From Clostridia bacterium (GTDB lineage: Bacteria > Bacillota > Clostridia > Oscillospirales > UBA644): a stretch of DNA of 64,000 bases. The stretch is from contig JAGASR010000035.1 in NCBI GenBank assembly GCA_017621705.1, forward strand, positions 49,549 through 113,548, given 5' to 3'. The translations under genes were made by a program, and so were the position numbers. Under the pieces are notes generated by a model, which was not told the DNA's origin, made no database searches, and was given only the letters and a program-made list of their open reading frames with translations. Positions within the stretch are counted from its first letter, which is position 1, and each line of letters starts with the position of its first letter. Positions 36,738 through 47,139 of the stretch are shown one piece after another.

Positions 36738-38135
36738 TCAGTTGGTTGCCACGGGGAGAGTGATCGCAACGGTGGTGCCTTCGCCCTGCTCGCTGTCGAT
36801 ATCAAGAGTGCCGCCGTGGAGGTTTACGATCTCATCGCAGATCGAAAGACCGAGACCGGAGCCGGGTTTTGTTGAAGAACCTTTATAAAATCTGCCTTTG
36901 ATAAACGGAAGTTCTTCTTTTTTGATGCCGCTTCCGTGGTCTTTGAAAATTACGGAATACGTGGTCGCCGTACGAAGCATATGTATTTCGACGGTGCTGT
37001 CTTTCGGGGAATGTTTGACGGCGTTATCGAGAACATTAATAAATACCTGTTTTAAGCGATTCGGGTCACCTGTTATAACGGGTTCGAACGCAGGAGTATC
37101 GTATTTTATCACGATGCCTGCGGAAGTTGCTTTCTGCGAATAGATATCGAGCGTTTCACGCACGAGAGTAAAGAGATTGACTTTTGATTTTGAGATGGTA
37201 AAACGACCCGACTGAATTTTTGAATAGTCGAGAAGTTCTTCTATCATTCTGCCGAGTCGGTCGGTTTCCGCATCGATGACGGAAAGACCTTTTTTAATTA
37301 CGTCGCCGTCGGTTTCCGGATCACACATGGAAATCGTCTCGTTCCAGCCTCTGATCGCGGTAAGAGGAGTTCTGAGTTCGTGAGAAACGGACGAAATAAA
37401 CTCGTTTTTCAGAGTATCGATCTTTGAAAGCTCCTGCGCCATATTATTTATGGCGTCGGAAAGTTTACCGATCTCGTCATCGTATTTTTTCTGTGTACGG
37501 ATGGAAAAATCGCCCTTTGCAATAAGCTGTGCCGAGCGGATTATCGTATTGACGGGTTTTACGATCGACTGAACGAAATACTGTCCCGATAAAAAAACGA
37601 GGAAAGCGACAAGAATTATCGCAACGACAGACGCAACGGTATAGATCACCTGCAGTCTGAAAACGTTTTCAAGAGATACGATATATCTTATCGCACCGCA
37701 GACAGAGCCGCCGCTGTTGCGCAAAGGAACGTTCATTATCATGAGACGTTCGCCCGTTACGGGATCGTTTGTGACCGTTTTTTTACCGTTCGCCTCCGAA
37801 ATATCGAAAGAAGCAATCGAAGTAAATCCGTCGGACGAAAGAAAATTCCTGCCGGAAAGATCGTATATTTCAAAACGGATATTTTCAAGGTCGCTCATCG
37901 AATTCATAAAAGAATTGGCGGCGTTATAAATATCATTCTGATTCTCAACGATAAGGGAAGAAAAAGTTTTGGTGTTCGTTTCGTTTCGGCGGTCGAGATA
38001 AGTTTCTACGTTGCTGTAAAGACTGTCATTGACGAAAAAGAGAATAACAAGTTCAACTGCTATAAGGAAAAAAAGGACAAACGAAAAAACCGATCGGAAC
38101 CAACGGAACGTTATATCTGCATGAAAGAATTTCAT
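36738..38135 (-). CDS. sensor histidine kinase (HAMP-HisKA-HATPase)
   Basis: H-box SHELRTPLTAI, N-box NVLDNAVKHS and G-box GSGLGLSI. Two TM segments. Confidence 0.9.
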   Translation of the reverse strand: MKFFHADITFRWFRSVFSFVLFFLIAVELVILFFVNDSLYSNVETYLDRRNETNTKTFSSLIVENQNDIYNAANSFMNSMSDLENIRFEIYDLSGRNFLSSDGFTSIASFDISEANGKKTVTNDPVTGERLMIMNVPLRNSGGSVCGAIRYIVSLENVFRLQVIYTVASVVAIILVAFLVFLSGQYFVQSIVKPVNTIIRSAQLIAKGDFSIRTQKKYDDEIGKLSDAINNMAQELSKIDTLKNEFISSVSHELRTPLTAIRGWNETISMCDPETDGDVIKKGLSVIDAETDRLGRMIEELLDYSKIQSGRFTISKSKVNLFTLVRETLDIYSQKATSAGIVIKYDTPAFEPVITGDPNRLKQVFINVLDNAVKHSPKDSTVEIHMLRTATTYSVIFKDHGSGIKKEELPFIKGRFYKGSSTKPGSGLGLSICDEIVNLHGGTLDIDSEQGEGTTVAITLPVATN

Positions 38136-38833
38136 TGTTCGGTCTTCCAGATATAGCCTTTACCCCAGGAAGTCTGCAGGAAGTCGGGTTTTGAGGGCTT
38201 ATCTTCTATCTTTTTTCTGAGACGGGTTATGTTGACGTTTACGATATCGGCGTCACCGTTGAAATTATAACCCCAGACAGCCTGAAGGATATCGTCTCTG
38301 GTGACGACAACGTCGGGATGTTCGATAAAATATTTGAGGATATTGTATTCGTTGGGGGTAAGGTCAAGCGGATGACCGTTCTTTGTAGCGCTTCTCTTCT
38401 TTTCATCGAGAACAAATACTTGTTTTGCGGTCTTCGCAGGTTCGGGCTGAACGGGAGCTGCGATCGCGGAAATTCTGCGGTAAAGAGCATCGACCTTTGC
38501 AACGAGAACCGATGCGCTGACAGGTTTTTTGATATAGTCATCGGCGCCGGAGATAAAGCCCGAAAGAACATCTTCATCGAGGTCTTTTGCGGAGAGCATG
38601 ATTATGCCCATTGTTTTATTCTGCGCGCGGAGTTTGCGGCAGACTTCAAAGCCGTCTATATCGGGAAGCATGACGTCGAGAACGGCAAGCGTGATGCCGG
38701 GGTTTTCGGAGAAAACGGTAAGAGCCTCGTTTCCGCTGCCTGCTTCAAAGACTTCATAGCCTGCTCTTTTGAAGTTGAATACGATAAAATCGCGTATAGA
38801 CATTTCGTCTTCAAGAATAAGTATTTTTTTCAT
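38132..38833 (-). CDS. OmpR-family response regulator
   Basis: Receiver domain (ILILEDE...LDVMLPDIDG) plus a winged-helix C-terminus (WGKGY). 4-nt overlap with the kinase gene. Confidence 0.9.
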   Translation of the reverse strand: MKKILILEDEMSIRDFIVFNFKRAGYEVFEAGSGNEALTVFSENPGITLAVLDVMLPDIDGFEVCRKLRAQNKTMGIIMLSAKDLDEDVLSGFISGADDYIKKPVSASVLVAKVDALYRRISAIAAPVQPEPAKTAKQVFVLDEKKRSATKNGHPLDLTPNEYNILKYFIEHPDVVVTRDDILQAVWGYNFNGDADIVNVNITRLRKKIEDKPSKPDFLQTSWGKGYIWKTEQ

Positions 38834-38854
38834 TTACGGTCAATAGACCTCCCT

Positions 38855-40261
38855 TCAGTGTCCGACTGTTATGGTTGCGGGTTTGAAAGCGTTCGTGAGA
38901 ACTTCGTCCGACGGCATGAGCTGGCGCTGTCTGTCGAGGATATCGGCTTTTACAAGGGTATAGTATTCGACGGTGACCTCGGAATAATACAGAAAGATAT
39001 GCTCATCGTCAAACTCCGGCGGCTGGGAAGAGCTCTGGATACTGAAAAGCAGAACTCTGCGGTCAACACCGAAAACGGGATATGTATGGCTTTCGTTCGC
39101 AACGTAATAGAAATAAAGATCGTTGTTGTAGTTAAGATATGCTTTGATATTGGTATATGCGGTTTCGTCTTTGAGAACAAAAAGATAGCCGCGCTCGCTG
39201 TTTATGTAGGAAGTGAAATCGGGTTCGAGCGAGTCTCCCGTAAAATTATACCAGACATACGGGAAAAGCAGTGCTTCCTGCCAGCTGGTAAGTGCCTGGG
39301 ATGCCTCGTCCTCATCAAAGAAATGACAGAGAGGGATCTCAAGAGAGCCGTCGTTATCGACATCGCACGGAATATAATCGCCGAGAGAACAGTATTCCGT
39401 TTTCATATACGGTATTTCTCCTCGCCATGCGGTTCTGTCGTAGGAAAGATTGACAATACAGTTTTTCTCGCCGTCCCAGACTATTACTTCGTTGGTCATG
39501 AGCATCGTTCCGTAACGGGAAGTGAGAATAACGGCATTTTCACCGTTTTCCGCAGTAAACGGGATCATTGTGTACGGCTCGAGACTGTATGACAGGTTTG
39601 CTGTAACGGTTGATTCCTCGACGATCTTGTCGATAGGATCGTATTTGAAGAAACTTGCGTACGCAACGCTGTCGAGAGATTTATAGGTTGCCGCAAGTAT
39701 ATCCTCGCAGCCGTCACCGTCCATATCGACGATGACAAATTCGCTGTATCTTCGCGAAACAGTATCGTTTGCACGTTTATTTACGAAGTCGAACTCGTAA
39801 ACATAGAGCATTGTCGAACTGTCATATGCGGAAACGTAGCCGACAACAAGTTCCGAAAGACCGTCTCCGTTAAAATCGGCAAACGAGATCTTATCGATGC
39901 CGCTGCCTGCGCCGATTATATCGAAAAGCGAGGTGATGACGCCGTTATTATTCGTAAAAATATGAATATTCGCCGTATCACCCGAATTCGGATGAGCTTT
40001 ATAGCTTCGGTAAAGGACGATTATCTCGTCGGTTCCGTCTCCGTTAAGATCAAAAAAGCTTATCGGATTCTGCACCTGTCCCCTCTGCGCAAAGACTAAC
40101 GAGACATCATCGGCCTCGACCTCGAGAAGTTTGTTATGTATGCGCTGCTCAAGAGCGCCTGTCTCGGGAAGGGCGATGAGGTCCTCGATATTGGTCTGCG
40201 TACAGGAAGACAAGGTGACTGCTGAGATCAGCAGGATCAGAATAACGAAAAGCTTTTTCAT
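38855..40261 (-). CDS. lipoprotein with FG-GAP/VCBS-like Ca-binding repeats
   Basis: Lipobox LSSC. Repeated DxNGDGxxE motifs: DLNGDGTDEI, DFNGDGLSEL, DMDGDGCEDI and DVDNDGSLEI. Confidence 0.65.
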   Translation of the reverse strand: MKKLFVILILLISAVTLSSCTQTNIEDLIALPETGALEQRIHNKLLEVEADDVSLVFAQRGQVQNPISFFDLNGDGTDEIIVLYRSYKAHPNSGDTANIHIFTNNNGVITSLFDIIGAGSGIDKISFADFNGDGLSELVVGYVSAYDSSTMLYVYEFDFVNKRANDTVSRRYSEFVIVDMDGDGCEDILAATYKSLDSVAYASFFKYDPIDKIVEESTVTANLSYSLEPYTMIPFTAENGENAVILTSRYGTMLMTNEVIVWDGEKNCIVNLSYDRTAWRGEIPYMKTEYCSLGDYIPCDVDNDGSLEIPLCHFFDEDEASQALTSWQEALLFPYVWYNFTGDSLEPDFTSYINSERGYLFVLKDETAYTNIKAYLNYNNDLYFYYVANESHTYPVFGVDRRVLLFSIQSSSQPPEFDDEHIFLYYSEVTVEYYTLVKADILDRQRQLMPSDEVLTNAFKPATITVGH

Positions 40262-40282
40262 GATATTTTTCCGATGGTTGGA

Positions 40283-41920
40283 TTATTCGGCGGAGATGAG
40301 GTAGAAGTATACGGGCTGACCGCCGTTGACGAGGACGACTTCTTTATCGTCGGGAAGGAGAGATTTGAGATATTCACTCATTTCTTCGGCTTCGGATTCT
40401 TCAACATCGCTGCCGTAGAAAACGGTGATATAAGAATGGTCTTTGAGATCGGATGCAAGTTTTTCCATGCATGCGTTTCTGGTATCTTCGACGTAAGTAA
40501 CTTTGCCTTCGACGAGACCGAGGATCTGACCTTCGTGGATCTCGCTGTTTTCGAAAACGGAATCACGAGCGGCAAAAGTCATGCTTGCGGTGAAGACGGA
40601 ATCTTTTGCGGCTTTCATATTGTCGGTATTTTCTTCGACGGATGCACCTTCGTCAAATGCGAGCATGGAAGAGATACCCTGGGGAACGGAAGTAGTACGG
40701 ATAACAACGACCTGCTTTTCCTCGATGATCTCTGCAGCCTGTTTTGCCGCCATATAGATATTTTTGTTATTGGGAAGAACGAAGACAACTTCGCTGGGAG
40801 TTTTGTAAACAGCGGAAATGATATCTTCGGTCGAGGGGTTCATGGTCTGACCGCCTTCAACGACAACGTCAACGCCGAGGTCGCGGAAAACTTCGCAGAT
40901 ACCTTCGCCGACTGCAACGGAAACAAAACCGTATTTCTTTTCGGGTTCGGCGATCTTGGGTTCGGAAGAAGCGGTTTCGCCGCCCTGCTGTTCAACAACC
41001 GCATTGGAGTGCTGAAGTTTCATATTTTCTACTTTGACGGTAGCGAGAGCGCCGCAGGTTACGGCAGCGGAGAGAACTTTACCGGGATCGTTTGTATGAA
41101 CATGGACTTTGATGATATCGGTGTCGTCTACGAAAACGTCGCTGTCGCCCGCATTCATAACAACTTTTGCGAAAGCTTCGATCTCTGCATCCGTAACGTC
41201 GCTCTTTTTATCGACGATACATTCGGTGCAGTATGCGAATTTGATATCTTCGGTGTTGAATTCTTCGAAAGAAGCGGCTTCTTCGACAGACTCGCTTTCG
41301 GAGCTTTCGATTATGCCTTCACCACGGATAACGGAAAGCATACCTTCGAAAATGGTGAGAAGGCCTTTACCGCCGGCGTCAACAACTTTAGCCTGTTTGA
41401 GAACGGGAAGCATTTCGGGGGTCTTTGCGAGGGTATCGGCAGCCGCATCGTAAACGCAGTTGAAAAACAATACCATATCGCTGTTATTTTCGGCATTTTC
41501 AAGACCTGCATCGGCAGCAAGGCGCATAACGGTAAGAATGGTGCCTTCGGTGGGTTTTCTTACTGCTTTATATGCGGAATCGACGCCGTTTTTGAATGCG
41601 CGCGCCATAGCGCCGGTATCGGCCTCTTTGAGACCTTTAAGCTCTTTGGAGATGCCTCTGAAGAAAAGAGAAAGGATAACGCCGGAGTTACCTCTTGCGC
41701 CTCTGAGAAGAGAAGAAGCCACAACGTCGGCACACTGGGAAAGGTCACCGTTAAAGGTGAGAAGATTCTTCTTTGCAGCCTGCATGGTAAGGCTCATATT
41801 GATACCTGTGTCTCCGTCGGGAACGGGGAAGACGTTGAGACTGTTGATCTTTTCTTTTTCGTTATCTATCGCGTTGGCACCGGAAAGCACCATATCGCGA
41901 AAAACCTGTCCGTTTATCAT
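40283..41920 (-). CDS. DAK2 domain fusion protein YloV
   Basis: N-terminus INSLNVFPVPDGDTGINM. 545 aa. Located downstream of asp23, the canonical pairing. Confidence 0.85.
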   Translation of the reverse strand: MINGQVFRDMVLSGANAIDNEKEKINSLNVFPVPDGDTGINMSLTMQAAKKNLLTFNGDLSQCADVVASSLLRGARGNSGVILSLFFRGISKELKGLKEADTGAMARAFKNGVDSAYKAVRKPTEGTILTVMRLAADAGLENAENNSDMVLFFNCVYDAAADTLAKTPEMLPVLKQAKVVDAGGKGLLTIFEGMLSVIRGEGIIESSESESVEEAASFEEFNTEDIKFAYCTECIVDKKSDVTDAEIEAFAKVVMNAGDSDVFVDDTDIIKVHVHTNDPGKVLSAAVTCGALATVKVENMKLQHSNAVVEQQGGETASSEPKIAEPEKKYGFVSVAVGEGICEVFRDLGVDVVVEGGQTMNPSTEDIISAVYKTPSEVVFVLPNNKNIYMAAKQAAEIIEEKQVVVIRTTSVPQGISSMLAFDEGASVEENTDNMKAAKDSVFTASMTFAARDSVFENSEIHEGQILGLVEGKVTYVEDTRNACMEKLASDLKDHSYITVFYGSDVEESEAEEMSEYLKSLLPDDKEVVLVNGGQPVYFYLISAE

Positions 41921-41965
41921 GTTTTAAAGAAACCTCATTTTTAATTAATCACAGTTGGACTCAAA

Positions 41966-42313
41966 TTATTTGGTTACGGAGTCAACAAAAATATTAACAG
42001 AACTTACTTTGAAACCCGTCATCTCTTCGAGGGTGTAGGTTATTTTATGAGCGATGCTTTCGGTGATTGCGGGGATATTGATACCGTAAACGACCATGAT
42101 GTGAAGATCAACTTCGATCGCATTGTCTTTACAGCGTACGCTGATACCTTTATCGGTGGTATCTCTGCGGAAAAGTTCCCAGAATTCTTCGGTAACGTTT
42201 TTCGCGCTCATGCCGGTGATACCGAAACAGTTGCCGGCAACGATGGAAACAATATTGGAGATTACATTATCATCAACAGCGATGATACCTGTGGAATTAT
42301 CGAGTCTGAGCAT
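41966..42313 (-). CDS. Asp23/Gls24 family envelope stress protein
   Basis: 115 aa. The pattern IAVDDNVISNIVSI...VDLHIMVVYG is typical of Asp23. Confidence 0.8.
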   Translation of the reverse strand: MLRLDNSTGIIAVDDNVISNIVSIVAGNCFGITGMSAKNVTEEFWELFRRDTTDKGISVRCKDNAIEVDLHIMVVYGINIPAITESIAHKITYTLEEMTGFKVSSVNIFVDSVTK

Positions 42314-42445
42314 TTTCAGCCCTCCTTATAAAGACTGGTCAAAAATTGTTTTACATTATATTTTACACTATTACTTCTCTTTTTACAATACGTACAGCTT
42401 AAATTTTATAAAAAATTCTTTTTTGAGTACGTTTTTTCCGTCGGA

Positions 42446-43459
42446 TCAGAGCTTTTCGGCAACTTTCAGCAGGATATCCTGAGAGATCGAAGGGATTCTG
42501 CCGAGACCGTCGGGGCCGACATTGAGAAGATAGTTGACACCCATGGAATTGAGATGATTTTTAAGCTCAAGAACTTTTTCGGGGGATTTCCAGTTATGAT
42601 CGAAATATTTGTAGCCCCATGTGTCGTTGAGCGTTGCGGGGGTCTCATAGAGACCGTAGGGAGACGGTTTGAAACCGCCGAGATCGTTGAGAGAGCCCGT
42701 TGCACTGTTCGGTTCGAACTTTTCGGGGATCTCGTTATCGTGAAGCGAGACGTAGTCATACGCTCCGTTGCCGAGACGGGAATTGATAAGACAGTTCGGC
42801 TGATACTGCTTGACCATATTGAAGATCTCAAAACTCTGCTCGGTGGAGATGGTGTGGGGTGTATCGAACCAGACGAGGCAAAGTTCGCCGTATTTCGTTA
42901 AGATCTCCTTGATCTGGGGTTTGATCTTTTCTTCGAAACAGCGGGTAAAATCCTTGCCTTCCGCAGACATACCGTAATCCCACGAGTTATGCCAGGAAAC
43001 ACCGGAGCAACCGCCCGAATTTGTGTATCCGCCGCCGTCGGGATGATGCCAATCGAGCTCCTGAGAATAATAAAGACCGAGCTTCAGACCGTGCTTATAG
43101 CACGCTTCGGCAAGTTCGCCGATGATATCGCGGCCGAACGGGGTAGCGTCAACGACGTTGAATTTGTCTGCTTCGGATTTGAAGAGAGCGAAACCGTCGT
43201 GATGTTTTGAAGTAATGACGATATATTTCATGCCGCAGTTCTTTGCGAAAAGGACCCACTCCTCGGCATTGAAATAAATGGGGTTGAAGATCTTTGCAAG
43301 CCGGGAATACTCTTCGTTTTTGATCGCGAAATAAGACTGGATCCATTCACCTATTCCGGGGGTACGTTTACCCTTCCATTCGCCTGCAAGAAGCGAATAA
43401 AGCCCCCAATGGACCATCATACCGTATTGCGCCTGTTTGTACCATTCATGATTTGTCAT
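42446..43459 (-). CDS. alpha-L-fucosidase, GH29 (catalytic domain only)
   Basis: WYKQAQYGMMVHWGLYS and TSKHHDGFALF motifs. At 337 aa it has no C-terminal beta-sandwich domain. Confidence 0.85.
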   Translation of the reverse strand: MTNHEWYKQAQYGMMVHWGLYSLLAGEWKGKRTPGIGEWIQSYFAIKNEEYSRLAKIFNPIYFNAEEWVLFAKNCGMKYIVITSKHHDGFALFKSEADKFNVVDATPFGRDIIGELAEACYKHGLKLGLYYSQELDWHHPDGGGYTNSGGCSGVSWHNSWDYGMSAEGKDFTRCFEEKIKPQIKEILTKYGELCLVWFDTPHTISTEQSFEIFNMVKQYQPNCLINSRLGNGAYDYVSLHDNEIPEKFEPNSATGSLNDLGGFKPSPYGLYETPATLNDTWGYKYFDHNWKSPEKVLELKNHLNSMGVNYLLNVGPDGLGRIPSISQDILLKVAEKL

Positions 43460-43508
43460 AAAAGACCTCCGGGGCCGTTTTTACGGCATACACTAATATA
43501 TCATTATA

Positions 43509-43537
43509 ATTATACATTATTTGTCCGTATTTGTCAA
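43509..43537 (-). promoter_or_regulatory. fucosidase promoter
   Basis: TTGACA (43537-43532), 17 nt, TATAAT (43514-43509). Confidence 0.7.
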
Positions 43538-43650
43538 GCCATATCTACCATAATAAATATACAAACAAACCGACAAAACCGTTTTCCCCGAAAAGTTCAT
43601 AAAAAAACCGCATATCGAGCAGTAAAAACTGCCTGATATACGGTTGATTT

Positions 43651-44127
43651 TCATTTAACAAGATCGAATTCTTTGACGGGAACGACGCTTTTGAGATCCT
43701 CGAGGCGAACGCGGACCTGAAAGCCGACTCTGCCTCCGGAAAAGCATATCCTGTCAAAGAGGATCGCCGTTTCATCGATAAAAGTATCGAACTGCTTTTT
43801 CATACCGATGGGAGAACATCCTCCGTGAATATAACCTGTTAGCGGCAAAAGCTCTTTTTGCGGTATCATTTCGATCGACTTTTCGCCGGTCGCGGATGCC
43901 GCTTTTTTGAGATCAAGTTCCTCATTTGCGGGGATCATGAAGACGTAATGTTCTTTACTTTTCCCGACAGTGACAAGGGTCTTGAAGACAGATGCGGGAT
44001 CCTGCCCGAGAGTCTGCGCGATATTTGCGGCATTTGTCTCGTTGGGATCGTAAAGAAAACTGTCAAACTCGATCTGCTTTTGTTCGAGAACGCGCATGAC
44101 GTTCGTTTTTTCGTCTTTTTTGCTCAT
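43651..44127 (-). CDS. ybaK: Cys-tRNA(Pro)/Cys-tRNA(Cys) deacylase YbaK
   Basis: TNVMRVLEQKQIEF N-terminus and a GGCSPIG-type motif. ATG 44127 was chosen. Confidence 0.8.
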   Translation of the reverse strand: MSKKDEKTNVMRVLEQKQIEFDSFLYDPNETNAANIAQTLGQDPASVFKTLVTVGKSKEHYVFMIPANEELDLKKAASATGEKSIEMIPQKELLPLTGYIHGGCSPIGMKKQFDTFIDETAILFDRICFSGGRVGFQVRVRLEDLKSVVPVKEFDLVK

Positions 44128-44175
44128 AAAAACCTCTGAAGAAAGCACCCCGATTTTCTCGGGGTGCCTGATTTT

Positions 44176-45849
44176 TTAGAATAAACCGACGATATTGCCG
44201 TCGTTATCGATATCGATATTATCTGCTGCGGGAACTTTGGGAAGACCGGGCATTGTGAGGATATCGCCGAGGTAAACGACGATGAAGCCTGCGCCGGAGC
44301 AAAGTTTAAGATCGCGTACGGTGATTCTGAAACCTTTGGGACGGCAGAGAAGTTTCGGATCATCGGAGAAGGAATACTGGGTCTTTGCAACGCAGATGGG
44401 AAGGTTGGAAGCGCCGAGAGCGTTGATATCGGCGATAGTCTTCTTTGCTGCTGCGGTGAAATCGACACCGTCTGCACCGTAGATCTTTTCTGCGACAGCA
44501 CCGATCTTTTCTTCGATGGAAGCGTTGATATCGTAGGTAAACTTGAGTTCGGACGGTTCATCGCAAGCCTTGACGACTTTTTCAGCGAGAGCGACAGCAC
44601 CGTTGCCGCCTTCCGCAAAACCGTAAGAACATTCGAATTCTGCGCCGCTTTCTTCGCATGCTTTTCTTACGAGATCCTTTTCAGCTTCGGTATCGGTTCC
44701 GAATACGTTAAGAGCAACGACAACGGGAACATTGAAGCCACGGAGGTTTTCGATATGTTTGCGAAGATTGTCGAGGCCTTTTTCGAGAGCTTCGAGGTTT
44801 TCGATCGCACTGTCTTTGACGAGAGCGCCGCCGTTATATTTAAGAGCACGGACGGTTGCGACGAGAACAATACAGTTGGGGCTGAAGCCCATCTTGCGGC
44901 ACTTGATATTGAGGAATTTTTCAGCGCCGAGGTCGGAGCCGAAACCTGCTTCGGTTACGCAATAATCAAATCTGTCGAGAGCGAGAGAAGTTGCGCGGAC
45001 GGAGTTACAGCCGTGAGCGATATTTGCGAACGGGCCGCCGTGGATGAAGCAGGGAGTATGGTTAAGAGTCTGAACGAGGTTGGGAAGAATTGCGTCCTTG
45101 AGAAGAACAGCCATTGCACCGTCAGCCTTGACATCGCGTGCGTAAACGGGAGTGCCGTCGTATCTGTTGGCAATATGGATGTTGCCGAGACGTGCTTTAA
45201 GGTCTGCGAGGTCTGCGGAAAGGCAGAGAACAGCCATAACTTCGGATGCAACGGTGATCTGGAAGCCGTCCTGACGAACGATGCCGTCGGTCGTTTTACC
45301 CATACCTACAACGATATTACGGAGCGCACGGTCGTTCATATCGAGAACACGTTTGAAGATGATCTGTTTCGGGTCGATATTCTGAGCGTTGCCCTGATAG
45401 ATATGGTTATCGATCATAGCGCAGAGAAGGTTGTTTGCGGAAGTTATTGCATGGAAGTCGCCTGTAAAATGAAGGTTGATATCTTCCATGGGAACGACCT
45501 GAGCGTAACCACCGCCGGTAGCGCCGCCTTTGAGGCCGAAAACGGGGCCGAGAGACGGTTCACGGAGAGCGATTGCGGCATTTTTGCCGAGAATATTGAG
45601 AGCTTCGCCGAGGCCGATGGTAGTTGTGGTCTTACCTTCGCCGAGCGGAGTGGGGTTTATAGCGGTAACGAGGATAAGTTTACCGTTCTTTCCCTTTTTA
45701 TCTTTGACTGCCTTTTCGGAGATCTTTGCTTTGTACGGACCGTAGTAAACAAGATCTTCCTCGGCAAAACCGGATTTTTCAGCTATTTTCTTTATAGGCC
45801 AGAGATCAGCGGCTTTGGAAATTTCAATATCCGAAGGTATTTTTTTCAT
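44176..45849 (-). CDS. fhs: formate--tetrahydrofolate ligase
   Basis: [16 protein letters not shown]-loop. 557 aa. Confidence 0.95.
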   Translation of the reverse strand: MKKIPSDIEISKAADLWPIKKIAEKSGFAEEDLVYYGPYKAKISEKAVKDKKGKNGKLILVTAINPTPLGEGKTTTTIGLGEALNILGKNAAIALREPSLGPVFGLKGGATGGGYAQVVPMEDINLHFTGDFHAITSANNLLCAMIDNHIYQGNAQNIDPKQIIFKRVLDMNDRALRNIVVGMGKTTDGIVRQDGFQITVASEVMAVLCLSADLADLKARLGNIHIANRYDGTPVYARDVKADGAMAVLLKDAILPNLVQTLNHTPCFIHGGPFANIAHGCNSVRATSLALDRFDYCVTEAGFGSDLGAEKFLNIKCRKMGFSPNCIVLVATVRALKYNGGALVKDSAIENLEALEKGLDNLRKHIENLRGFNVPVVVALNVFGTDTEAEKDLVRKACEESGAEFECSYGFAEGGNGAVALAEKVVKACDEPSELKFTYDINASIEEKIGAVAEKIYGADGVDFTAAAKKTIADINALGASNLPICVAKTQYSFSDDPKLLCRPKGFRITVRDLKLCSGAGFIVVYLGDILTMPGLPKVPAADNIDIDNDGNIVGLF

Positions 45850-45881
45850 GATGCGGTAAACTCCTTATTTTTAATTTTATT

Positions 45882-46967
45882 TTAGAGAAGATTTAATTTT
45901 TTAAGCTGGGGAACGACTCTTTTCATAATGAGCCAGAGTATCGCAGTATAAAGGGGAACGCCGATAAAAACTGCAACGGCAAGTCTCGGAACGAGGTATA
46001 CCCAGAAGGAAACGTTCGAATACGCAATACTGATCCAGTACGAGTTGAGTACGGATGTTATGACGGTCGCAGTAAGGCAGAAAAGCGTGAGCTTCGTAAG
46101 TGCCGGGCCGTAGTCGGTTATTACGCGAAGAAGAACGACTGCGGAAAGGACCGTAAAGACATACGGAACGAACGAAACATCAACCGAAGCGCTTGTGTTT
46201 GCAAGGGATTTCGGGATCTGAAGAATCGTTGTAAAAGAAACGACACCGCCGATTATAAACGCAAAAAATGCGGAAAGAAGCGCAGGGAATTTACGTTTAT
46301 AGAAGAACGCAACGATCGCGATAAGTCCGAAAAGAACGGATGCGACGTATCCGAAAGAAACTGTTGCGTAAAGGTCGGACATCTGAATACCGGAATAAAT
46401 AAGAGATGCGGTATCGGGAGCTTCGACAGAATTGAGAACGGAAGTGAAGACCGTCTGATATTCTGCGGTAGCAACGAGCGCCTGCCATACGGTAAGCTTG
46501 GTTTCCGAACCGTCCGCAAACGTAAACGAAAGCGACGGGATAAACAGCAGAACACCGCAAAGAATAACGGAAACTGCCGAAACAGCGGAAAAGATATTGC
46601 CCGAAAGATTTGATTTTACGGTCTTCTTATCATCGAACATCGAGCCGTCTCTGATAAAAAGAAGCTTGAAAAAGCCGCCGAGCGCACCTGCGAGCATTGT
46701 CGAAAGCGTTATACCAGGAATGATCGGACCGAGCGGAACGAGAAGACAGCACACAAGATCCTGAACTCCGCCTACGAGAGCGCCCCATATCGGGCCGTAA
46801 AGAAAGCCCGCGAGGAAAATGGGAACGAAGCTGATATTGACAGACAAACTTTTCGAACCGAAAAGCGGAAGCGTAACGCCGAGGAATCTGTCAAGCACGA
46901 AACCTACCGCCGCAAAGATCGCGCAGACGATAATGGTTTTCACGTGGTTTTTTACTGTTTTTGTCAT
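45882..46967 (-). CDS. folT: folate-family ECF transporter S component with a large internal insertion
   Basis: The N-terminal 100 aa (ISFVPIFLAGFLYGPIWGALVGGVQDL) and the C-terminal ~75 aa (LNSYWISIAY...LVPRL) are FolT-like. They are separated by about 185 aa of extra hydrophobic sequence. A THF riboswitch lies upstream. Confidence 0.75.
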   Translation of the reverse strand: MTKTVKNHVKTIIVCAIFAAVGFVLDRFLGVTLPLFGSKSLSVNISFVPIFLAGFLYGPIWGALVGGVQDLVCCLLVPLGPIIPGITLSTMLAGALGGFFKLLFIRDGSMFDDKKTVKSNLSGNIFSAVSAVSVILCGVLLFIPSLSFTFADGSETKLTVWQALVATAEYQTVFTSVLNSVEAPDTASLIYSGIQMSDLYATVSFGYVASVLFGLIAIVAFFYKRKFPALLSAFFAFIIGGVVSFTTILQIPKSLANTSASVDVSFVPYVFTVLSAVVLLRVITDYGPALTKLTLFCLTATVITSVLNSYWISIAYSNVSFWVYLVPRLAVAVFIGVPLYTAILWLIMKRVVPQLKKLNLL

Positions 46968-47030
46968 TTTTTGATGACCTCCGAAAAAAAATTCAGAATC
47001 ATCCGACTAAGTAAAAAATATTTAATTTTA

Positions 47031-47131
47031 CACAGCGGACGCGACACCGAACCGCAAAACGGCACATGACCGTTTTTTCGTCCGAAGACGACTTCCCATT
47101 CTTCGGCACTTAACGCTCGGCATCTACTCTG
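47031..47131 (-). promoter_or_regulatory. THF (tetrahydrofolate) riboswitch
   Basis: Minus strand: CAGAGUAGAUGCCGAGCGUUAAGUGCCGAAGAAUGGGAAGUCGUCUUCGGACGAA...GCGGUUCGGUGUCGCGUCCGCUGUG. It shares the conserved blocks AGAGUAGAUG, GCGUUAAGUG, GAAUGGGAnGUCGUC, ACGAA and UCCGCU with the E. siraeum THF aptamer. Stem changes are compensatory (CCGAAG/CUUCGG, CACAG/CUGUG). Confidence 0.9.
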
Positions 47132-47139
47132 TAAAAAAC

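Noticed and set aside
40274-41944. Very long ORFs on the strand opposite to well-supported genes. This 556-aa one is antisense to yloV. Similar ones lie at 7774-8814, 10577-11509, 12732-13442, 13661-14968, 15516-16658, 22034-23215, 26482-27414, 29546-30733, 38318-39592, 44755-45885 and 53961-54869.
   Set aside because: Each is fully nested in a gene with clear family motifs on the other strand. Their translations are low-complexity (rich in F, V, G, I, D) with no recognisable domains, RBS or promoter. This is the typical shadow-ORF behaviour of this codon usage.
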